Below are positions 20,025 through 30,014 of a stretch of 64,000 nt of DNA, piece after piece. The first letter of the stretch is position 1, and each line of letters opens with the position of its first letter. A program made the position numbers and the translations under genes. The DNA comes from Candidatus Bathyarchaeota archaeon (lineage in GTDB: Archaea; Thermoproteota; Bathyarchaeia; Bathyarchaeales; Bathycorpusculaceae). The notes under the pieces were generated by a model that did not search any database, was not told the origin of the DNA, and saw nothing but the letters and a program-made list of their open reading frames with translations. The DNA is taken from the NCBI GenBank assembly GCA_963780185.1, contig CAWABA010000006.1, positions 416,001 to 480,000 on the forward strand. Reading direction: 5' to 3'.

Positions 20025-21374
20025 CTAGCCCCCTTTCATTTTGTGCGTTTTTGCTTCCAATGTGTTAAGCATCTTGTTAATTGAACATAACAATTTCTCA
20101 GTGTTTTCTTCCATTTTATCCGGGTTTTGTAAGATTTCCTGAATTTCCTTAAAATCTTCGAAGGAAACGGGGACCACTTCTCTCACAAGCGTACTAATAC
20201 GCTCATCAGCTAGAATATCGGAAGACAGTTGGTTTATGATTTTAGAGATTTCATCGTAGAGGTAATTACAAATTATTCTCCATGATCTAAGGGTCGGTTT
20301 AACGCAATCTTCCAAATCAATAGGAATTGGTTCAAATTGCTCCTTTTTCTTGACATAGTTCTTTATTTGCTCGATGTTATTCCTGATAACTTTCATATGA
20401 GGCATCACTTGGTTTAGAATAAGCAGAATCTTATCTCGCGAGTCCTCTTTTTTGTTTAGATAAATACGAACAAGTGCGTAAGTCAGATCTCTTGCAATTG
20501 GCGTTATGATGTCATTCTCGAAAGGAACCGTTTGATATACACGCAGAGGTGCTTTTGATCCAGTATATATCACTGCATACTTTTTGTTCTTGGTTAGTGT
20601 TCTGTTAACTTCGTGAACAAAAGCAGCGGCAAGCGCATCCGTTCTATTTGGGGTGTTTTTTTCTTCCCCCTCTCTTTCTAGACCTAATGCAACATATACT
20701 TCGGTGTAGACACCCGTATTCATAATTTCAGCAGGGTTCGGGGTAGGTAAAGGTTGCGACCATAGTTTTATCTTCTGTTCGTCGAAAAGTCTTAGTAAAT
20801 TACCGAGCGGTGTCTCAATGTATTTCTTGTACCCTTGTTTTGTCAGTAAGGTTACAAAATTCTTTCTAAAATGCGCGTACAATTCATTCAGTCTGGGCCA
20901 ATCTTTTGTGATATCGGTTTTACGCATTATTTCTAAAAACTCTTTTACTTCATTCGAGTGGATTATTTTCTCCCTTTCAGGAAGATTTAGCGTTTTCTGT
21001 ATGTCCTTGAGATGCGAAAATAGTTCTCCTAAGTATGGGTCAATGAGATAGAGTTGAGCATTCATTATTGCAGGTTTTTCTAGTAAGAGATGAGTTATTA
21101 CCAATAATTCTCTTCTATCGAGATATACATATCCAGGATGTAAGTACCTGTACAATTCAGAGTAATCAATTATCCCTAATTGAGTAAAGCCTTTTTCTTC
21201 TAGTTCCAAGTCTTCATGCAGTTGTTTGAAGGCCGGATATAATTTGACTATAAAAGTTACTGCTTCCAGAAAAGTGTTCGTCTCTTCTCGATCTTCCTTA
21301 TTTGATGATATTTTTAGTATCCCCTTTGCACGCCGTTGTTCAGTTAAGCGCTTAGTGAATTTATGTTTTTCCAA
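20025..21374 (-). CDS. Hypothetical protein, divergent PIN-like domain
   Basis: IIDYSEL, PYLGEL, NRTDALA, VIYTGS in PIN order with a helical insertion; 7 nt upstream of the MBL gene. Confidence 0.55.
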   Translation of the reverse strand: MEKHKFTKRLTEQRRAKGILKISSNKEDREETNTFLEAVTFIVKLYPAFKQLHEDLELEEKGFTQLGIIDYSELYRYLHPGYVYLDRRELLVITHLLLEKPAIMNAQLYLIDPYLGELFSHLKDIQKTLNLPEREKIIHSNEVKEFLEIMRKTDITKDWPRLNELYAHFRKNFVTLLTKQGYKKYIETPLGNLLRLFDEQKIKLWSQPLPTPNPAEIMNTGVYTEVYVALGLEREGEEKNTPNRTDALAAAFVHEVNRTLTKNKKYAVIYTGSKAPLRVYQTVPFENDIITPIARDLTYALVRIYLNKKEDSRDKILLILNQVMPHMKVIRNNIEQIKNYVKKKEQFEPIPIDLEDCVKPTLRSWRIICNYLYDEISKIINQLSSDILADERISTLVREVVPVSFEDFKEIQEILQNPDKMEENTEKLLCSINKMLNTLEAKTHKMKGG

Positions 21375-21594
21375 ATTCTCCGCTATATGATTTTCAATAA
21401 CAATTTGTCTCGATAGCCGCGATCCGTTTGAAAAAAGAAATAACCAAATTGCGCAACCCGAGCTGGAGCGAGCGCAAGAAGCTAATTATCCCTAAGATTT
21501 CTACGCTAATTTAGAATTACTGCATGTGATGATGATATGAAACAGAAAATTTAAATTCTTTAGTTTCCCTTTTTTTCTTATTAGCCGTTTTTAG

Positions 21595-21966
21595 GTGTGT
21601 TTTATGTCTGAGTCGTTTGAAGGTTTCATGTGTAGGTTTATTCGGGGTCAAGCGGTTATTTTCAAGAAGTATCTTTTAGCGGCACTGGACAGTCAAGACA
21701 AGTACCTGTGCTATCTGGATATGAGTTTGGGCACACCGCTCCTCTCGATGGATATCAAAAACTGCGAGTTGCTGGCTGAAGCTGGGCTTTTCCATGAAGA
21801 AATCAAAACTAGCAGGGACGGACGCAATCGATATAAATTTTTTTATCTGACCGATTTAGGCATGGAAATGGTGGAGAAAATAAAAGAACAAAACTACACT
21901 GAGGATTTGCCTCAAAGCCTCCAATTTGCGGCTTGCGGAGCCGAAGAAACAAAACTAGTGCAATAA
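21595..21966 (+). CDS. Winged-helix-like hypothetical protein
   Basis: L.EAGLF.E......GRNRYKFFYLTDLG.EM wing motif. Confidence 0.6.
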   Translation: MCFMSESFEGFMCRFIRGQAVIFKKYLLAALDSQDKYLCYLDMSLGTPLLSMDIKNCELLAEAGLFHEEIKTSRDGRNRYKFFYLTDLGMEMVEKIKEQNYTEDLPQSLQFAACGAEETKLVQ

Positions 21967-22033
21967 GCCTAAGCCCTGAATGCTTGAAAAAAGAAAAGAT
22001 TTTGGGAAAAGAAATTCCCAGTTTTCTGCTTGC

Positions 22034-24259
22034 CTAGATTAGGTGTAGCAGGTTTATGAACAGCGGGATGAAGACGATTGACAGGGTGCTGAGCAGTTTT
22101 ATGAGTACGTGAAGGCTTGGTCCCGCGGTGTCTTTTAATGGGTCGCCGACTGTGTCGCCTACTACGGCTGCTGCGTGGGCTGGTGAGCCTTTGCCGCCGT
22201 ATTTGCCTGTTTCAATGAATTTCTTTGCGTTGTCCCATGCGCCTCCGCCTGTGTTCATGAATAGTGCCAGTGGAACAGCTGACAGGGTTGCGCCGATTAC
22301 GAATGCGCCTACAGCTTCCGGTCCTAACAGGACACCGACGATTATTGGAACGATGACGAGGATTAGTCCTGGAAGCACCATGCCTCTTAATGCGGCTTTT
22401 GTGCTGATGTCTACTGCTTTGCCGTAGTCGGGTTTGCCTGTTCCATCCATGATGCCGGGGATTTCTCTGAATTGGCGTCTGACTTCCTCCACCATCTCAG
22501 CAGCTGCTTTTCCTACTGCGCTGATTGCTTGTGAGGAGAAGAAGAAGGGTAGCATTGCGCCGATGAATCCTGCGATCAGTACGGCTGGGTTAGAGATGTC
22601 TACGACAAAGGCCTTGCCTGCGTAAGCTGTAGTTGAAGAGACTTCTGAAGCGTAGGTTTGGAATAGCAGTTGCGCTGCGAGTAGGGCTGAGCCGAGTGCA
22701 AATCCTTTGGTTAGGGCTTTTGTTGTGTTTCCAACTGCGTCTAAGGCTTCCATCGTTGATTCTGCGCCGCCTTCGCCTGACATTTCAGCGATGCCTGCTG
22801 CGTTGTCAGCGATTGGGCCAAAGCCGTCTAAAGCTAGAACCATGCCCATGACTGCGAGCATACCCATGGTTGCAAGTGTGGTTCCGTATATTCCGCCGAT
22901 GAAGGGTGTAATTTGAGCTACATGTGAAGCGTTCCACGAAACTGCGAATTGTGTGCCGAAGTAATAGGATGTTACGAGAGCAATAACCAGCGAAACTATG
23001 GGTAACGCTGTTGTCTCAAGCCCTACTGCTAAGCCCGTGATTATGTTTGTTGCAGCGCCTGTTTGGCTGGCTTTAGCTATTCGTCCGACTGGACCTCGGT
23101 CACTTCCTGTATAATAGTCTGTGATGTAGTCGATTGCTACGCTTGCAGCTAAGCCTGAGAGCAAGCAGAAGTATAGGTAGAAGAAGGTAATTGAAAAGCT
23201 TCCGTTGCCTAGAAGGAAGATTGTTGCAAATAGGAATAGAATACCTGACACGATCGTGGTTACCAGGAGGCCTTTTCTTAATGCTTTCATTGGATGCTTT
23301 GCTTCTGCCTCGTTAAGTTTGACGAAGGGCATGCCGATTAGTGTTGCAAAGATGCCTAGCGCTCTTGCAATAAGCGGGAAAACGAGGAATAGCAGGTTTC
23401 CAGTGGCGATGCTGATTAAGCCACCGATAATCATTCCACCGATGTTCTCCCCAGTGGCTGATTCAAATAAGTCTGCGCCTCTTCCAGCCGAGTCACCTAC
23501 GTTGTCGCCAACGTTATCGGCTATTACTGCGGGGTTGCGTGGGTCATCTTCAGGAATGCCTGCTTCAACTTTGCCTACGAGGTCTGCGCCGACATCTGCG
23601 GCTTTAGTATAAATTCCACCGCCAAGCTGGGCAAATAAAGCGATCAATGAGGCCCCAAAACCCATGCCAACTATGCCGCTTGCGGCCGTTCTGCCCAAGT
23701 TCGCAGCGTCAGTAGTGTTTAGAGAGCCGAACAAAGAGTTGTAGCCACCGTAAAGCAAGAATAGAAAACTTACGCCTAAAAGAGATAAACCGACAACAGC
23801 CATACCCATCGTCGCGCCGCCGTAAAACGCGGTTTTAAGAGCTTTTTCAGCGCCATCTTTTGCCGCCGCCACGGTGCGAACGTTCGCTTTGGTTGCGTTG
23901 TCCATGGCAATGTAGCCTGCAGCCAATGAAGCAACTGCACCTACCAGAAAAGCTGCCGCCGTGCCAACGCCCAAAGGAGTGCCCTTCAAAGGCAAGGCAA
24001 CCCACAGCAGAACAAACACTACTGCCGTGATAACTGCGATTGTTGTGTACTGCCGCTTCAGGAAAGCGTAAGCGCCTTCACGAATGGCGGCTCCAACTTC
24101 CTGGGCTTTTGGACCGCCGGCACTCATTTTGCCTATATGACGCATGAGCAAAAGTGAAGCCACAACGGCGATTACACCCGCGATGGGGGCAATCCAAAAT
24201 ACAAGTGGAGAAACTGAGTTACTGCTTGATGTTATTAACGCTTGTAAAGGTATGAGCAT
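22034..24259 (-). CDS. hppA: Membrane-integral H+-translocating pyrophosphatase, K+-independent type
   Basis: GGGIYTKAADVGADLVGKVEAGIPEDDPRNPAVIADNVGDNVGD; GNTTKA (Lys at the K/A site); GDTVGDPLKD. Confidence 0.96.
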   Translation of the reverse strand: MLIPLQALITSSSNSVSPLVFWIAPIAGVIAVVASLLLMRHIGKMSAGGPKAQEVGAAIREGAYAFLKRQYTTIAVITAVVFVLLWVALPLKGTPLGVGTAAAFLVGAVASLAAGYIAMDNATKANVRTVAAAKDGAEKALKTAFYGGATMGMAVVGLSLLGVSFLFLLYGGYNSLFGSLNTTDAANLGRTAASGIVGMGFGASLIALFAQLGGGIYTKAADVGADLVGKVEAGIPEDDPRNPAVIADNVGDNVGDSAGRGADLFESATGENIGGMIIGGLISIATGNLLFLVFPLIARALGIFATLIGMPFVKLNEAEAKHPMKALRKGLLVTTIVSGILFLFATIFLLGNGSFSITFFYLYFCLLSGLAASVAIDYITDYYTGSDRGPVGRIAKASQTGAATNIITGLAVGLETTALPIVSLVIALVTSYYFGTQFAVSWNASHVAQITPFIGGIYGTTLATMGMLAVMGMVLALDGFGPIADNAAGIAEMSGEGGAESTMEALDAVGNTTKALTKGFALGSALLAAQLLFQTYASEVSSTTAYAGKAFVVDISNPAVLIAGFIGAMLPFFFSSQAISAVGKAAAEMVEEVRRQFREIPGIMDGTGKPDYGKAVDISTKAALRGMVLPGLILVIVPIIVGVLLGPEAVGAFVIGATLSAVPLALFMNTGGGAWDNAKKFIETGKYGGKGSPAHAAAVVGDTVGDPLKDTAGPSLHVLIKLLSTLSIVFIPLFINLLHLI

Positions 24260-24431
24260 GTTCTAAAAGCCATGTCCATTTTCCTTATATGTTTTTCTAA
24301 TATGTTCTGTCATCGCTATGTATAAATCAAAAATTTCTCCTAAAAAAGCGAGAATTTAATGGCGCTAATTTGGTTGCATTTTTAAGGAACCGCCGCGTAT
24401 CTCAATTCTATCATTCAAAAGTGATTAGCAG

Positions 24432-25559
24432 ATGCCTTCAAGATTGATAGTTGTCAAGGTCGGAACCAGCGGCATAACAACCAGCGAGGGAAACCTTGAC
24501 CATGAAGAAATGCAGAAACTGACCAGTCAAATAGCGGAAGCGACGAAGCGAGGGGACAAAGTGGTCCTTGTAACTTCAGGCGCTGTGGCAGCGGGCATCG
24601 CGGAACTTGGGATACCACCCAAACCCAACGATGTTGTGTTTCAGCAGGCTGCGGCGGCTACGGGTCAAAGCGTTTTGATGGCTAAGTACCGTGAACTCTT
24701 CAAAACGCACGGGCTGAAGGCTGCGCAGATCCTGCTTACCGCGGAGGACCTTTCAAACAGGGCATCTTACGTGCACACATGCAACGTGCTGAACATGCTT
24801 CTGAAAACAGGCGTTATCCCAATCATCAATGAGAACGACGTGACATCCGTGGCTGAGCTGCGGCAAAAAGAAGGCTACAAAGTAAACTTCAGCGACAACG
24901 ACATCCTCTCAGTCCTCGTCGCAAACGCCATGGGAGCAGACATGATAATCATACTCTCAGACGTAGACGGCTTATTCACCGCTGACCCCCAGGAACCAAG
25001 CGCACAACTCATAAAAACCGTCGAAGCCATAACGCCCGAACTTAAAAGCTCGCTGAACGGAAAAAGTAAGCTGGGCAGAGGCGGCATCCAAAGCAAAATC
25101 AAAGCGGCGGAAATCGCAACTTCATGCGGCATACCACTGGTCATAGCGAACAGCCGACGAGAAAACGTCATCTTGGACATTCTTGCAGGAAAAGACGTCG
25201 GCACCTTCTTCAAGCCTCAGAACCCCCTCTCCGCGGTTAAACGCTGGATAGCTTACGGCGCCGCTGTAAAAGGGGAAATCCACGTTAACGCAGGCGCAAA
25301 AAAAGCCATTCTTGAAGGTTCAAGCCTCCTACCCGTCGGCATAACTAGCGTCCTGGGACAGTTCAACGTCGGCGACGTCGTCAGCATCATGGATGAATGC
25401 AAGGTTGAGTTCGCCAAAGGCAACCCAAATTTTTCCAGCGGAGAGTTAAACCTGATTAAAGGCTGCCAAGCAACCGACATCCAGAAGAAGCTTGGCTCAG
25501 ATAAGCCTAAAGAAGCAGTGGAGCATAGAAATATCCATCTGATCGGGGAAGAAAAATGA
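24432..25559 (+). CDS. proB: Glutamate 5-kinase with PUA domain
   Basis: VVKVGTS, LVTSGAV, PIINEND, FSDND.LS, GRGGI.SK. Confidence 0.96.
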   Translation: MPSRLIVVKVGTSGITTSEGNLDHEEMQKLTSQIAEATKRGDKVVLVTSGAVAAGIAELGIPPKPNDVVFQQAAAATGQSVLMAKYRELFKTHGLKAAQILLTAEDLSNRASYVHTCNVLNMLLKTGVIPIINENDVTSVAELRQKEGYKVNFSDNDILSVLVANAMGADMIIILSDVDGLFTADPQEPSAQLIKTVEAITPELKSSLNGKSKLGRGGIQSKIKAAEIATSCGIPLVIANSRRENVILDILAGKDVGTFFKPQNPLSAVKRWIAYGAAVKGEIHVNAGAKKAILEGSSLLPVGITSVLGQFNVGDVVSIMDECKVEFAKGNPNFSSGELNLIKGCQATDIQKKLGSDKPKEAVEHRNIHLIGEEK

Positions 25560-26800
25560 TAACTGAAATGTGCATAAAAGCCAAAGCTGCCTCAGTTGAA
25601 ATGGCGAAGCTTACAACGGAAGCCAAGAATCAGGCGCTCTGCAGAATGGCAGACGCATTGGAAGCGAACACTGAGAAGATTTTGGCTGCTAACTTGACGG
25701 ATGTTGACGCTGCGATGCACAGCGGGGGGCTTAAGGCGGCTTTGATTGACCGATTATCATTGGACCAACGTAAAATCCAAACCATGGCTAAGGGGCTTCG
25801 TGAAGTCTCAGCTTTACCTGACCCAATCGGCACCATCCTAAGCACGTGGACACGCCCCAACGGGTTGATAATAAGCCAGGTTCGCGTGCCACTCGGAGTT
25901 ATCGGAATCATTTACGAGTCACGACCCGACGTGACCTCGGACGCGGCAGGCATCTGCATAAAATCAGGAAACGCCGTAATCCTCCGAGGCGGCTCCGACG
26001 CACTAAACTCAAACGTCACCATAGGCGAAGTTCTCAGAGACGCGCTAGCGGAAACTCAAGTGCCTGTTGACGCTGTGCAGGTGGTGGAGTCGGCTGACCG
26101 AGCATTGGCTGAGGAGCTTATGCGAATGCGAGAGTACATCGATGTGCTTATTCCCCGAGGCGGTGCAGACCTAATTAAAACCGTGGTTGAAACTTCGCGT
26201 ATCCCAGTGATTGAGACTGGAACGGGCAACTGCCACATTTACGTTGAAGAAGACGCTGACCTTGCAAAGGCAACGCCCATCGTCATTAACGCGAAGGTTC
26301 AAAGGCCTGGAACATGCAACGCCGCCGAGAAACTCCTTGTTCACCAGAAAATCGCCGAACAGTACCTGCCCGCCGTGATTGCTGCGCTCAGAGAGAAGGG
26401 CGTGGAAGTTCGGGGCGACGCACAAACCCGCAGGATTGTTCCCGACGTGAAAGCCGCAACCGAGGAGGACTGGGGCACCGAATACTTGGACCTCATTATG
26501 GGCGTCAAAGTCGTCAAAGACCTCGACGAAGCCATAGCGCACATCAACAAGTACGGAACTCACCATTCAGACTCCATCCTCACAGCAGACTTCGACAAAG
26601 CCATGCGGTTCATACGGGAAATCGACTCAGCCGCCGTCTACTGGAACGCTTCAACACGGTTCACTGATGGCAATCAGTTCGGGTTAGGAGCCGAAATCGG
26701 TATTAGCACCCAGAAGCTCCATGCAAGAGGACCCATGAGCGTTCAACACCTTACAACAACAAAATATGTAATTTTGGGCAGCGGACAAATTCGAAAATAA
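25556..26800 (+). CDS. proA: Gamma-glutamyl phosphate reductase
   Basis: VPLGVIGIIYESRP, GNCHIY, CNAAE, NASTRFTDG..FGLGAEIGISTQKLHARGP. Confidence 0.97.
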   Translation: MITEMCIKAKAASVEMAKLTTEAKNQALCRMADALEANTEKILAANLTDVDAAMHSGGLKAALIDRLSLDQRKIQTMAKGLREVSALPDPIGTILSTWTRPNGLIISQVRVPLGVIGIIYESRPDVTSDAAGICIKSGNAVILRGGSDALNSNVTIGEVLRDALAETQVPVDAVQVVESADRALAEELMRMREYIDVLIPRGGADLIKTVVETSRIPVIETGTGNCHIYVEEDADLAKATPIVINAKVQRPGTCNAAEKLLVHQKIAEQYLPAVIAALREKGVEVRGDAQTRRIVPDVKAATEEDWGTEYLDLIMGVKVVKDLDEAIAHINKYGTHHSDSILTADFDKAMRFIREIDSAAVYWNASTRFTDGNQFGLGAEIGISTQKLHARGPMSVQHLTTTKYVILGSGQIRK

Positions 26801-26897
26801 ACGGTCCAGGGCTTTTCTTGATGCCTCGGGTTGAATAATCACAGGGTTGAAAATGCCCTGTTTTCTTTGGCTATCCGTGTTTGCGTGGTTGCTGTTT

Positions 26898-28412
26898 TTA
26901 GATTGGTAGGTTCGGTATTATTGTTTGGAGTTGGTTGACGACTGGGTGGATTAAGCCTAGAACGCTCTGGGGGTAAATGCCGATGAATATGAGTGCGCCT
27001 GCCATTACAAAGATGGGGATGAGTATGCGTTTTGACTCTTTGATCGATGTTTCGTCTTTGGATTTCTTTCCGTAGAAGATGTAGATTAGGCGGAACAGGT
27101 AAGCGGTCTGCAGCACGCTTGTGATGACTCCGATGACTGCGAGCCACCATAAGTTGCCTTCTATTGCGGCGCTGAAAACGAACACTTTAGCTAGGAATCC
27201 TCCGAACGGCGGGACACCCGCGAATGACAAGCTCGCCATCACCAACGCTAAGCATACAAGCGGCATTTTTTTGCCGAGTCCTGACATGTCGTCTAAGGTG
27301 TGGAAGCCTTTGCTGTTAATGACGCCAATAGCCATGAATGCGAGACCCGTGGTGATGCCTCCGACCAAAAAGAAGTAGAGGTTGCTTGTTATGCCCAGTG
27401 CGGTTACGCTTGATATGGCGACGAGGTTGTAGCCGACGTCTGCGACGCAGATGTATGCGATTAGGCGTTTCACGTTGGTTTGTATGAGTGCGAAGAGGTT
27501 GCCGACAATCATGGTTACTGAAGCCAACGCCGCCAACATTAAAGTCCAATCCAGCACGGCGTTTGGTCCCCTTGGAATTATGATGTAGAGCAGTACCCGT
27601 ATGAGGATGTAGTAGCTGCCTTGGTCAACGAGCGCAGACAGGAAAGAAGCTGACGAAGCTGGCGCCGCGGTGTAAGCGTCGGGCAACCAGAAATGGAACG
27701 GCACAATTGCGGCTTCGATCGCGTAGCCTGCCGCGATGAATATGAAGGCTATGATAAGCAGGTGGTTGCTTGCGCCCACGGTCTGCAAAGCTGTTCCCAC
27801 TGCGATGTAGTTGAGGGTTCCTGTTAAGCCGTAAACGATTGAGATGCCTAAAATCACAAATGCCGACGCGATGATAATCATGATAAGGTACTTGAGGGTG
27901 GCGTTGATGCTGGCCACGTTTTTCTTGTAAAGCATCAAGAAGGCTGCTCCTGCGGTGGCTATTTCCCAGAATATGAAAAGCGTCAGCAAATCGCCTGCCA
28001 AGACGGCGCCGAGTAAGCCTGCGGTGGTGATAAGCATAATTGCGAAGTACCGCTCTGACGGTCGTTCTTGGTTGCCTAAGCTGAAAACGCTGTAGAGTAC
28101 GACGACGGCGCTGAGTCCGACGATGATTATTGCCATGAAGACGGAGATGGCGTCTATTAGGAAGGCGCTTGAGAATGCGTTTGTGGTGCCGTTTAACCCG
28201 AAGTTAAGGATGCCTGGCGAAGAAGTGCTGTAGTAGCTTAAGGCTAAGTTGGCTACGGTTGCGCCTGCAATTGCGAATACGGCTACGAACCAGCCTACGG
28301 TTAGGGCTGTGGGGTTGGCGCTTTTGCGTATGAACCTGAAAACGGGGATTGTTAAGAGCGCTGCTACTACGAGTGTTAGTATCGGTAATATTACGTCTAT
28401 AGTTTGAAGCAT
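26898..28412 (-). CDS. nuoN: Antiporter-like subunit NuoN/FpoN/MrpD-like of the hydrogenase complex
   Basis: Multi-TM; FWE, PFHFWLPDAY, KRLIAY, GVPPFGGF.AK; last gene of the operon. Confidence 0.85.
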   Translation of the reverse strand: MLQTIDVILPILTLVVAALLTIPVFRFIRKSANPTALTVGWFVAVFAIAGATVANLALSYYSTSSPGILNFGLNGTTNAFSSAFLIDAISVFMAIIIVGLSAVVVLYSVFSLGNQERPSERYFAIMLITTAGLLGAVLAGDLLTLFIFWEIATAGAAFLMLYKKNVASINATLKYLIMIIIASAFVILGISIVYGLTGTLNYIAVGTALQTVGASNHLLIIAFIFIAAGYAIEAAIVPFHFWLPDAYTAAPASSASFLSALVDQGSYYILIRVLLYIIIPRGPNAVLDWTLMLAALASVTMIVGNLFALIQTNVKRLIAYICVADVGYNLVAISSVTALGITSNLYFFLVGGITTGLAFMAIGVINSKGFHTLDDMSGLGKKMPLVCLALVMASLSFAGVPPFGGFLAKVFVFSAAIEGNLWWLAVIGVITSVLQTAYLFRLIYIFYGKKSKDETSIKESKRILIPIFVMAGALIFIGIYPQSVLGLIHPVVNQLQTIIPNLPI

Positions 28413-28427
28413 TCATTTCACCTTCAG

Positions 28428-30011
28428 TTAACCTATGCTCGCTGTTTGAATTAGATGTATGAAGAACTGCGGGTAAATCCCGACAATGACGACCAGAACC
28501 ACCAATATCGCGAATGACAGTTTGATATAGTTCGGAACGTCAAAGCCCTTGTGGCTTTCCTCCGTGTGCTCGCCTACCTTCGCTGCCTCGACATCCGCGA
28601 TTTCTACGCCGTCTTCACCTTTCGGTTGCCCGAAGAAAATCATCGAAACAAACCTTAGCATGTACGCAAGCGACAGAACCGTGGCGACTAACATGAGGGC
28701 GGTGGGTATTACGTAGAATGAGTCAGTGCGCATAACGTCGAAGGCGCCCACGAAAATCAGGAATTCGCTGATGAAGCACGCAAAAGGCGGCGCTCCCCCG
28801 ATGCTCAACGCTGCGATGGTTGAGGAAACCGCGGTGAAAGGCATCTTGCTTGCTAAGCCGCCCATCTTTCGGATGTCACGTTTTTCGGTTTGATGCATGA
28901 TGCCGCCTGCGCCGAGGAAGAGAAGCCCCTTGCTCAAGGCGTGGCTAATGATGTGCAGGACGGTGCCGGTAATTGCTATCGACGAGGCTAAGATTACTGC
29001 TGAGCCTAATAGGGCACTTTGTGGGAAAAGTGAGAGACCGAACATTATGTAGCCCATGTGGGCGATGCTTGAGTAAGCGATAAGCCGCTTTATGTCGGTG
29101 GAGACCAACGCCACCAGGGAGCCGAAGAACGCAGAGAGTAAGCCGACGATTGAGAGGGCGTGCAGGAAGTCTGTTCCGAAAACTACGCCGACCGATGGAA
29201 AAACCATGCCCAGGGACAGACGCAGGATTGCGTAAGCTCCAGCGCTAATTATGACTCCGCTAAGCAGGGCGGACATGGGTGCAGGGGCTTCTGAGTGGGC
29301 GTCGGGCAGCCATACGTGGACGGGTATGACAGCCATTTTAACTGCGAAGCCTGCGGTTAGTGCGATTAGTATCCATTTGACGATGGTTGGGCTGGCTGTC
29401 AGCAGGGCGGCTTGGGCTGTGAACATGTCGGCACTTCCTGTGGTTATGTAGATTGCGCCGATGCCTAACAGGACGAAGACGGCTCCTGCATGGGTCCATA
29501 TGAAAAGCTTGAAGGCTTGTTTGTAAGAGTCTTTGTAGCCCCATTCGCCGACTATGAAGTAGGCGGGTACAAGCATTAGTTCCCAACAGAGATAGAACAA
29601 TATCAGGTTTGAAGTTATGAAGACGCCGACTAAACCCACAGAGAGCATGGCGAGCAGAGCGTAGTAGACTGCTATGTGTTTTTTGCCTGCCATGTAGTTT
29701 ATTGAGAACAAGGCTGCGACCAGAATAAGTGACAGGCTGACGAGGGCGATTGAGGCGCTTATTCCATCGGTGAACAGTGTGAATTTGACGGTTGTGCTTC
29801 CAGTTGTAAACCAAGTGTAGGGCTCAACGTAGCGGTGCAAAGAACTGTTAAGAATCGAGGGCACAGTAGAGAGAACAAGCAGCATGTTGACGAGGGCGAT
29901 TAACGCAACAAAGATTGCTGCCCACTTCTCTGATTTCTTGCCGACAAAGTAGACGAAAGGTATGCTTATCGCGGGAATTAAAAACACTGAGAGTAAAAGA
30001 GGAAGCGTCAT
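28428..30011 (-). CDS. nuoM: Antiporter-like subunit NuoM/FpoM-like
   Basis: WELMLVP, VKM..PVHVWLPDAHSEAP, KRLIAYSSIAHMG. Confidence 0.88.
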   Translation of the reverse strand: MTLPLLLSVFLIPAISIPFVYFVGKKSEKWAAIFVALIALVNMLLVLSTVPSILNSSLHRYVEPYTWFTTGSTTVKFTLFTDGISASIALVSLSLILVAALFSINYMAGKKHIAVYYALLAMLSVGLVGVFITSNLILFYLCWELMLVPAYFIVGEWGYKDSYKQAFKLFIWTHAGAVFVLLGIGAIYITTGSADMFTAQAALLTASPTIVKWILIALTAGFAVKMAVIPVHVWLPDAHSEAPAPMSALLSGVIISAGAYAILRLSLGMVFPSVGVVFGTDFLHALSIVGLLSAFFGSLVALVSTDIKRLIAYSSIAHMGYIMFGLSLFPQSALLGSAVILASSIAITGTVLHIISHALSKGLLFLGAGGIMHQTEKRDIRKMGGLASKMPFTAVSSTIAALSIGGAPPFACFISEFLIFVGAFDVMRTDSFYVIPTALMLVATVLSLAYMLRFVSMIFFGQPKGEDGVEIADVEAAKVGEHTEESHKGFDVPNYIKLSFAILVVLVVIVGIYPQFFIHLIQTASIG

Positions 30012-30014
30012 TTT

